64,000 nt of DNA, taken from assembly GCA_964404025.1 (NCBI GenBank), contig CAYOIJ010000002.1, forward strand, positions 23,839 through 87,838. The letters are read 5' to 3'. The position numbers were made by a program, and so were the translations under genes. Of the stretch, positions 58,009-64,000 are shown piece by piece. Every line of letters starts with the position of its first letter. The first letter of the stretch is position 1. Origin of the DNA: an uncultured Pseudomonadales bacterium (GTDB taxonomy: Bacteria > Patescibacteriota > Microgenomatia > UBA1400 > PJMF01). The notes under the pieces are model-generated. The model did not search any database. It was not told where the DNA came from and saw nothing but the letters and a program-made list of their open reading frames with translations.

Positions 58009-58034
58009 TCTTTCAATTCAATTAGTTATAATGT

Positions 58035-58715
58035 TTATTTTCTACCTATCTTTTTTGACTTAGTCAGGGCAAAAGCACCTAAACCAGCTAGGGCCATGGC
58101 TTCTAGAGCCAAGATCGTACCTAGGTCAAAACCAGTGTCCGGAGTGACTTCAGTAACAATTTTGGCCTCATCGGTCTTGACACAGAAACTAGCATAATCG
58201 CTATCACTTAAATTATCTTCATCAGAATAAGCGCGAGCTACGTTAGTAATACAAGTAGTGCCAACTGGCAATTCATTTTTTGCTTTAAAGCGAGCTGTAA
58301 AGTAAACTGTGAGCTCTTCTTTGGCGCCTAAACCACCAAACTTAAATTTAATCACATTATCTTTGACTTCAACTTCATAATCGCCTTTATCACTGCTTAC
58401 ATAAACCATGTAATCAATTAAGCGAGCGAAATCGTCATCTAAGCGCACACTATCAACTTTAATATCTGAAATGTTTTTAATTCGTAAACTAAATTTAACT
58501 TCCTCTTCGGGAGCAAAGGCATATGAACTAGCGGCAATATTATCCCAATACTGTTCAGCCTTTGGATTAAAAACTTTTTTATCTAAGCTAAGGTTGCCAG
58601 TTTCACAAACTTCGCCACCACCGTATACGGTATAGCATTCTTTAGCGCTAGCTATATTGACGAAAAGCAATAAAAAGCCAGTGACTATTAAAAGGTAAAA
58701 AATTATTTTTTTCAT
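58035..58715 (-). CDS. Secreted surface protein with C-terminal sortase-type sorting signal (VTPDTG + hydrophobic helix + KSKKIGRK)
   Basis: N-terminal signal peptide. C-terminus ...VTEVTPDTGFDLGTILALEAMALAGLGAFALTKSKKIGRK, i.e. a PxTG motif, TM and positively charged tail. Adjacent to a sortase gene. Confidence 0.55.
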   Translation of the reverse strand: MKKIIFYLLIVTGFLLLFVNIASAKECYTVYGGGEVCETGNLSLDKKVFNPKAEQYWDNIAASSYAFAPEEEVKFSLRIKNISDIKVDSVRLDDDFARLIDYMVYVSSDKGDYEVEVKDNVIKFKFGGLGAKEELTVYFTARFKAKNELPVGTTCITNVARAYSDEDNLSDSDYASFCVKTDEAKIVTEVTPDTGFDLGTILALEAMALAGLGAFALTKSKKIGRK

Positions 58716-58753
58716 ATTAGTCTTTAACTATTATATATGTAATTGGATCGCTT

Positions 58754-58782
58754 ATTATATATTTATAATACTATATTGTCAA
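58754..58782 (-). promoter_or_regulatory. Sigma70-type promoter P2 (perfect TTGACA-N17-TATAAT on minus strand) for the sortase-substrate gene
   Basis: Minus strand TTGACA (58782..58777), 17-nt spacer, TATAAT (58759..58754), about 40 nt upstream of the ATG at 58715. The -35 is embedded in repeated-motif copy 2. Confidence 0.5.
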
Positions 58783-58799
58783 TATTATGGGATATTAGT
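58775..58799. repeat. Repeated motif copy 2 (plus: TTGTCAATATTATGGGATATTAG), overlapping the sortase stop codon
   Basis: See copy 1. Overlaps the TAA stop of the sortase gene at 58795..58797. Confidence 0.6.
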
Positions 58800-59619
58800 C
58801 AGCAATCACTGGCACGGCACTCACAAAGAGTCGCTGCCAAGCGGTACCCGGAGGCCAACAGGTTTGTAGTAACAAAATGTTTTCATCTTTTAAATTATTA
58901 ACAAAATCTACTTCACTACTCTGAATAACATCCTGAGCACTTACCCGATAGACAAACTGATCTTCGCCTAAATGTAAAATGATTTGTTCCCCTAACTGCA
59001 AGTCTTTGATTTGATAAAAAACAGCGTTGTAGGCCTCGACATTCCAAAGACCATTGGTGGAGTGGCCAAAAATATAAATTAATTTGTCTTGTCCAGGAAA
59101 AGCTGAATTGCGGGCATGAGCCACACCAGTTTCCAGTGCCGCCTTATACTCCTCAGGTTTATTAGGGTTAACATTGGCATGAACCTCTTCATAAATCTCT
59201 AAACTAGGAATTTCAATATAAAAGGGTAAACTGGCGTAGTCGGGAGCCACCGTCACTTGAGCAACAGCACTCTGACCAGCTTCTTGATTCTCCTCAGCTG
59301 TTTCTCTGGCAAAGATTGGCCAAGAATTATCTAGCTGCATTTTAGTCCAATCAAAAAAAGCAAAACTATTTTTTTCAGCCTCTTGAGGTATATTTTTAAT
59401 AAATTCAGGAATACTGGTAATGATTGCTTTTGAGCTATTTAGTGCATTTGGTAAGTTTTTCAATTTAGCTAAAGCAAGAAACGGATTACTCAAAAGCACA
59501 AATACCAAGCTAAATACAAAAGAAGCAATGGCCAACTTTCTCAGGCTTTTAGCTTTTTCTAAAATAAATTTGACTGGGGCTTTTTGATAAACACGCACCC
59601 TCGTCTTTCTATTTAACAT
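58795..59619 (-). CDS. Sortase-family transpeptidase
   Basis: N-terminal TM anchor. Catalytic His in LIYIFGHS, Cys in LLLQTCWPPG (TLxTC-type), Arg in AWQRLFV. Confidence 0.75.
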   Translation of the reverse strand: MLNRKTRVRVYQKAPVKFILEKAKSLRKLAIASFVFSLVFVLLSNPFLALAKLKNLPNALNSSKAIITSIPEFIKNIPQEAEKNSFAFFDWTKMQLDNSWPIFARETAEENQEAGQSAVAQVTVAPDYASLPFYIEIPSLEIYEEVHANVNPNKPEEYKAALETGVAHARNSAFPGQDKLIYIFGHSTNGLWNVEAYNAVFYQIKDLQLGEQIILHLGEDQFVYRVSAQDVIQSSEVDFVNNLKDENILLLQTCWPPGTAWQRLFVSAVPVIAD

Positions 59620-59634
59620 TATGGGATATTATAG
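59613..59634. repeat. Repeated motif copy 3 (plus: TAACATTATGGGATATTATAG), overlapping the sortase start codon
   Basis: Core ATTATGGGATATTA identical to copy 2. On the minus strand it reads GCTATAATATCCCATAATG, where the final ATG is the sortase start and TATAAT sits 8 nt upstream. Confidence 0.55.
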
Positions 59635-59664
59635 CTTGAGATGATTAAAAAAGCAATATAATAA

Positions 59665-60573
59665 TTAATGTTTCAGATTTTTTATTTTTTCTATAAGTTT
59701 AAAATAACTATTGTCCCCCTTAGTCTTTCTCCACAACCAATACTCAAATCCCCAAAAGATAATTTTATCCGCTCCCAACAATGAAACTTGCTTAAAATTG
59801 TTTAGCAGTTGCTGTGGGCCAATACTTTTCGGATCGGGGCTAAAATAGGCCTCTGCATTTTTTTCCCAAGGTTCAGCTTGCAGTTCAGTAATCCAAAAAT
59901 TTAGATTGGGAAACTTGGCAAGATGCTTTTTTAATTCTTTTTGACTTTGTAGTGGTCTAAGGTAAATTGATTTTCCAAAAATTTCGCTAGTAAATTGCTT
60001 ATAGTAGAAGTCTAAACCAATGTTATTGCTGATTGTAGCTAATTTTTTGAGCAAACCTCTTTTAATAATTTCATTTCCCCAAAGAGTAATAATAATTGCT
60101 CGCTGATCAATCTTTTTTATTAAGTCTGCTTCTTTTTGCAAAAAACCTAAAGAAATAGCGTCCTGACTGGGCCCGCTTGGATCTAGAGGCTCGTTCTCTA
60201 ATTGCCAATATTTAATACTAGAATAGGTTTTTAATTCTTTAATACTGATCTCTATAAACTGCAGCAGTGATTCTTGTGTTTTTTTATCGCTAAGATTTTT
60301 GTTTTTAATATGTTCCGGCCAATAATATTCTGGCCACCTTTGGGCTTTTACCCCAACAGTTAAAATAATATCTTGTTGGTTTTTTTGGTAAAAATCCAAA
60401 AATTTTTTGATGATAGAGAAATCATAAATATTTTTATTTTTCTCAATTTCATCCCAATAAAGACTCAGCCTAATATAAGTAAAACGATGTTTGATGCTTT
60501 CTTCCAAAGCATGGTCTACATTGATATTTAATTCCTCTAACTGCCGGTGGCTAAGACTAATGCCAAGTTTCAT
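59665..60573 (-). CDS. Clan GH-A glycoside hydrolase (GH5-like)
   Basis: Catalytic acid/base in WQLENEP (NEP motif) and nucleophile in WITELQAEPW (ITE). 302 aa, no obvious signal peptide. Candidate promoter TTAAAG-N16-TATAAT upstream. Confidence 0.55.
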   Translation of the reverse strand: MKLGISLSHRQLEELNINVDHALEESIKHRFTYIRLSLYWDEIEKNKNIYDFSIIKKFLDFYQKNQQDIILTVGVKAQRWPEYYWPEHIKNKNLSDKKTQESLLQFIEISIKELKTYSSIKYWQLENEPLDPSGPSQDAISLGFLQKEADLIKKIDQRAIIITLWGNEIIKRGLLKKLATISNNIGLDFYYKQFTSEIFGKSIYLRPLQSQKELKKHLAKFPNLNFWITELQAEPWEKNAEAYFSPDPKSIGPQQLLNNFKQVSLLGADKIIFWGFEYWLWRKTKGDNSYFKLIEKIKNLKH

Positions 60574-60632
60574 CTATTGTGATTAATTATAATCGGTGTA
60601 CTGTTTTCTTTAAGGCTTTTTTGTAGTGGCGC

Positions 60633-62135
60633 TTAATTTTGTGCACTCCAACTGTATGAGGCAAAGGTAACGCCCATCATGGCAAAATACATATTCCCGC
60701 TAATGACGGTTTGACTACCGTTTCTACTTGCTCTTCCCTCAAACTTACAATTAATCACCGCTCCGTCTTCCTTCATGGTTACAGAAAAACTAACCTTACT
60801 GCCTGCGAGGTATGCATCACCACTATAGCCATTCACGCTTGCTGTACCCGTACCAGATTCATTTAGCTGTAGTGTTACCGATACGCTATCAGGGGCCTCT
60901 ACGTCTGCTTCAACGTGTTGTAGTGTGGCGCTACCACTATAAGTGCCGGCCACTGACTTCAATGTGAGGGAGTTCGTACTTGCCTCTTGCTCTTGGTCAA
61001 CTTCCGCCCCCCGTTCTTGGTCAACTTTCGGGGATTCAATTTCTTCACCTCCCACATCTTCTTCTCCAATCTCCTTTTCCTCAGCTTTTTCTTCCATGTT
61101 TTCTACTGAGGCTTTGACTGCCTGTTCTATAATTTCTTTAGCAGTTTGAGTACTGTCTGGAGCGTTATGGTCTTCTTTCCACTGAGCTAGCTCTTCTTGA
61201 CTGAGACTAGCTATTGTTGCATTAGTTGCTCCTTTTTGATCAATTTTAATGCTAATGCCTAAAATCTTTTCATCTTGAACTACCGATCTAATTTGATCAG
61301 CTCCAAGACTCACAACACCTAATTTATCGATTGCTTTTGACACATTTCCCGGGATATTGGCAATAGCTAAAATACCAGCGGCTGGTTCAGTGACGCTGCG
61401 CATTTTACTAACCATGCTAGATACTTTGTTTTTATCGCCCAGGGCAATTCTGGCCTCATCATCAGTTACCTCTAAAACTAAATCAGCTCCAGAAACAACA
61501 ACTGCTGTTTGTGCTAAAGTTCCAGAAGCAGCTAGGGCACTAGTTCCACCTGTAGCTACCACTGTGCCGACAAAAACAGTGACTTTAGCACCATTTTTGA
61601 TGCGAGTATACCTTTGTTCACAGGTAGCTGCCACATCACCTTCTCCTCTAAAAGCTTCGCTAGACATTTGATCTGCAGTTTGGTTAAGAATCAATTGAGC
61701 CATTTTAGCGTCTACACCATAATGTTTAGCTAAAGTAGCAATTCGTTGGTTTGGGACAGCACTACTAATTACTTGTTCAACTTCTCTTAAATCATAAGCC
61801 ATGACTTGAGTTGTTGGCTTTAAGGAAATTTCTTCTTGACTTAGTTGACTGGTTTCTTCTTCTAAAGCTAAAGCAGCTTCTTCCAGTACCCCCCACTCTT
61901 TAATAATGCTAGACATCTCGTTGCTCCAAGCATCATAGTCACTATATTCTTTGACATTTAGTAAAACATGTTCTGTTTGATAACGAAGAGAAGCGTATTG
62001 ACTAGAAATACTTAAAGTTTGTTCTAATATAGCCTGGTCTGGCGCTTGTTTTGACTCCTGTCTATTTAAAAAATAAAACACTCCGGCAGATAAAATAATT
62101 AAAGCAGTGATTAAAATAATTATTATTTTTTTCAT
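60633..62135 (-). CDS. Membrane-anchored secreted hypothetical protein with acidic linker and beta-rich C-terminal domain
   Basis: 500 aa. N-terminal TM, long helical region, then an E-rich linker (EEKAEEKEIGEEDVGGEEIE) and a Gly/Ser/Thr-rich C-terminal domain. The 3' 450 nt of the gene is GC-elevated. Confidence 0.4.
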   Translation of the reverse strand: MKKIIIILITALIILSAGVFYFLNRQESKQAPDQAILEQTLSISSQYASLRYQTEHVLLNVKEYSDYDAWSNEMSSIIKEWGVLEEAALALEEETSQLSQEEISLKPTTQVMAYDLREVEQVISSAVPNQRIATLAKHYGVDAKMAQLILNQTADQMSSEAFRGEGDVAATCEQRYTRIKNGAKVTVFVGTVVATGGTSALAASGTLAQTAVVVSGADLVLEVTDDEARIALGDKNKVSSMVSKMRSVTEPAAGILAIANIPGNVSKAIDKLGVVSLGADQIRSVVQDEKILGISIKIDQKGATNATIASLSQEELAQWKEDHNAPDSTQTAKEIIEQAVKASVENMEEKAEEKEIGEEDVGGEEIESPKVDQERGAEVDQEQEASTNSLTLKSVAGTYSGSATLQHVEADVEAPDSVSVTLQLNESGTGTASVNGYSGDAYLAGSKVSFSVTMKEDGAVINCKFEGRASRNGSQTVISGNMYFAMMGVTFASYSWSAQN

Positions 62136-62245
62136 GAATTTATATCAATCCTTATTTATAATAACTGATTGATATCATATCATTTTTTTACTACAGCTAC
62201 TATCTGGTAGTGCTTCTTCTTATTTGAGTATGAGATAATATTTTT

Positions 62246-62572
62246 ATGTCAGCTTTTGCCAATCGTATTTATGAGCTCTTATTAAAAGTTCCAGAGGGTA
62301 AAGTGACTACCTACAAGGTGCTAGCAGAAATCCTAGAAACAAAAGCTTATCGAGCCGTAGGCCAGGTATTAAAAAACAATCCCCGTGCTCCTAGAATTCC
62401 TTGTCACAGAGTAGTCAACTCCAATGGCAAACTTGGTGGTTTTATGGGCAAAAAGGATGGACCAGCAATTAAAAAGAAGATAAATCTCCTCAAGAAAGAA
62501 GGTATCACTGTTAAGGATGGAAGGGTAATGAGATTTGAAGAAGTGGTTTGGAGGGGTGAAGACAAAGAGTAA
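62246..62572 (+). CDS. ogt: Methylated-DNA--protein-cysteine methyltransferase (DNA-binding/active-site domain only)
   Basis: 108 aa. IPCHRVV active-site motif (PCHR) and the helix-turn-helix region of MGMT. Confidence 0.75.
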   Translation: MSAFANRIYELLLKVPEGKVTTYKVLAEILETKAYRAVGQVLKNNPRAPRIPCHRVVNSNGKLGGFMGKKDGPAIKKKINLLKKEGITVKDGRVMRFEEVVWRGEDKE

Positions 62573-62638
62573 AAAAATAAGCCTGACAGATCTTTAATTG
62601 TGTATGATGGGCTCTATTGTATCTAATGTAATAGTATA

Positions 62639-64000
62639 TTAATTTAAAGTTAATCTGGCTTTTCTCAATGTCATGGCGTTAACAACAACTACTACGCTTG
62701 AAAGACTCATTAATAATGCTCCTACAGCTGGACTCAGACGAAATCCAAAAGGAATAAATAGTCCAGCGGCTGCTGGAATAGCGATGATGTTGTAACCCAA
62801 CGCCCACCAAAGATTTTGCAACATTTTTGAGTAAACTTTCTTGGATAAGATTATTAATCTAACAAGATGCTGCGGATTACTCTGAGTAAGGATAATATCT
62901 CCTGCCTCTACAGCTACGTCAGTGCCCGCTCCAATCGCTACACCCACGTCTGCTTGTGTTAGGGCTGGAGCGTCATTCACGCCGTCTCCCGCCATAATAA
63001 CTACGTTGCCCTGAGCCTGAAGTTTTTTAATATGTTTATATTTGTCTTCTAGCAATACTTCAGCGAACACTAGGTCTATATCAAGTTCGTTGGCTACCGA
63101 AGTTGCCACTGACTCAATATCACCAGTTAACATTGCAACCTTCATTCCCAGCTTATGTAGCTCTTTCACTGTTTGTCTTGACTCATTTTTTATTTGATCA
63201 CTTAAGGCAATAACACCAAGCATCTCAGACTCATTTGAAATAAAAACAAGTGTTTTGCCCTCTACTGAAAGCTCATCTAATATTTCTTGAGTTTGTTTTG
63301 TCCAAACATCTTTTTCAACCATAAGATGTTGATTGCCTAAAAAATATTTTTTATTTTCAAAATACCCCTCTATACCCCTGCCAGCCAGGTTTTTAATCTT
63401 AGAAGCTTCTGAAAATAAAATATTTTTATCTCTTAAATAAGCCACTATTGCCATTCCAATCACATGTGAGGAATGTGTTTCTATTGCGCCTGCAATTTTT
63501 AATAAATCTTTTTCTTTACCTGAAATAACTCTTATATCGGTAACCCCAAACTCTCCTTTAGTTAGAGTGCCTGTTTTATCAAAAACTACATAATCAGTTT
63601 TTTTAACAACCTCAATTTTTCCCATATCTTTAATAAAAATGCCATTCTTAACCGCTAATTTTGTTGCAATGGTCGAAACGGTTGGAATGGCTAAACCCAA
63701 GGCATGTGGACAAGCAATAACTAGTACAGTAATTGCTAAAGTTAGCGCAAAAACAAATGTTTGTCCAAGAATAACTAACCAAATAAATAATGATAAAAAT
63801 GACACAAACAAAGCAAAAAAAGTAAGCCACTGTGAAGCTTTATCTGCTAATCTTTGGGCAGATGGTTTTGTCTGTTTTGCTTGAGCAATTAAGCTTTGAA
63901 TTTGGCCAATGGTAGATGAAGCACCAACTCTCAGCAATTTTATTTCTACAGAACCATCAATGCTAATTGCCCCAGCAACAACCCTCGAACCAATATTTTT
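62639..64000 (-). CDS. Heavy-metal-translocating P1B-type ATPase (C-terminal two-thirds; gene runs off window end)
   Basis: CPH motif in TM6 (VIACPHALGLAIP), DKTGTLT phosphorylation site, GDGVNDAPAL hinge. The reading frame stays open to position 64000 (...KNIGSRVVAGAISIDGSVEIKLLRVG...). Confidence 0.85.
   Translation of the reverse strand, partial: KNIGSRVVAGAISIDGSVEIKLLRVGASSTIGQIQSLIAQAKQTKPSAQRLADKASQWLTFFALFVSFLSLFIWLVILGQTFVFALTLAITVLVIACPHALGLAIPTVSTIATKLAVKNGIFIKDMGKIEVVKKTDYVVFDKTGTLTKGEFGVTDIRVISGKEKDLLKIAGAIETHSSHVIGMAIVAYLRDKNILFSEASKIKNLAGRGIEGYFENKKYFLGNQHLMVEKDVWTKQTQEILDELSVEGKTLVFISNESEMLGVIALSDQIKNESRQTVKELHKLGMKVAMLTGDIESVATSVANELDIDLVFAEVLLEDKYKHIKKLQAQGNVVIMAGDGVNDAPALTQADVGVAIGAGTDVAVEAGDIILTQSNPQHLVRLIILSKKVYSKMLQNLWWALGYNIIAIPAAAGLFIPFGFRLSPAVGALLMSLSSVVVVVNAMTLRKARLTLN

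Noticed and set aside
60943-61671. Two plus-strand ORFs (68 and 104 aa)
   Set aside because: Antisense within the 500-aa surface protein gene in its GC-elevated part. Ser/Thr/Pro-rich low-complexity translations typical of antisense frames.
63639-63884. Small ORFs on both strands inside the P-type ATPase gene
   Set aside because: Embedded in a well-supported coding region (DKTGT/GDGVNDAP). Spurious.
1-64000. Possibility that TGA is recoded (genetic code 25, as in Gracilibacteria/Absconditabacteria) given the in-frame TGA in the DUF3048 gene
   Set aside because: All other genes in the window are long uninterrupted ORFs under the standard code. Recoding would fragment them at every TGA. A single event is better explained locally.
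1-64000. CRISPR arrays, rRNA genes, IS elements/transposases
   Set aside because: No regularly spaced direct repeats, no rRNA-like conserved stretches, and no transposase-like ORFs were seen. The only repeat family found is the 3-copy promoter-associated motif at 57.9-59.6 kb.

Overview
AT-rich bacterial segment, roughly one-third GC by eye, in standard genetic code: long ORFs are intact and TGA acts as a stop. Gene content and organisation resemble a small-genome, low-GC lineage such as CPR/Patescibacteria; this is inference only. Most genes are on the minus strand and tightly packed. Housekeeping backbone: secD-secF, rseP, frr, one tRNA-Glu(CUC), a MacAB-like efflux trio, fbaB (class I aldolase), rdgB, ybaB, dnaX, ybeY, gltX, dacA-like PBP, aspS, rmuC, metG, tatD, maf, galU, trxB-trxA with a CsoR-family regulator, dnaG, mscL, hsp20-htrA, ogt, and a partial heavy-metal P-type ATPase. 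Accessory content is dominated by cell-envelope and surface functions. (i) A glycan module: processive GT2 (QxxRW), GT-C, a WecA/MraY-family transferase and a UbiA-family DPPR-synthase-like enzyme. (ii) A second module: a GtrB-like GT2, a 1.1k-aa YfhO-like membrane protein, a TrwB/VirD4-like ATPase and a GIY-YIG/GNAT fusion in one apparent operon. (iii) CapA + GNAT + ATP-grasp genes upstream of dnaG. (iv) A TasA/camelysin-like, SipW-signal-type protein operon. (v) A sortase / sorting-signal-substrate / GH clan A cluster. That last cluster is punctuated by a thrice-repeated ~20-nt motif carrying consensus sigma70 promoters. It sits next to a ~0.9-kb GC-rich island encoding a lipoprotein with a long structured leader. 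Other notable points: a DUF3048 gene split by a single in-frame TGA, a near-canonical CsoR-box palindrome heading a csoR-trxA-trxB operon, and a CIRCE-like element in front of hsp20-htrA. No CRISPR array or rRNA seen.
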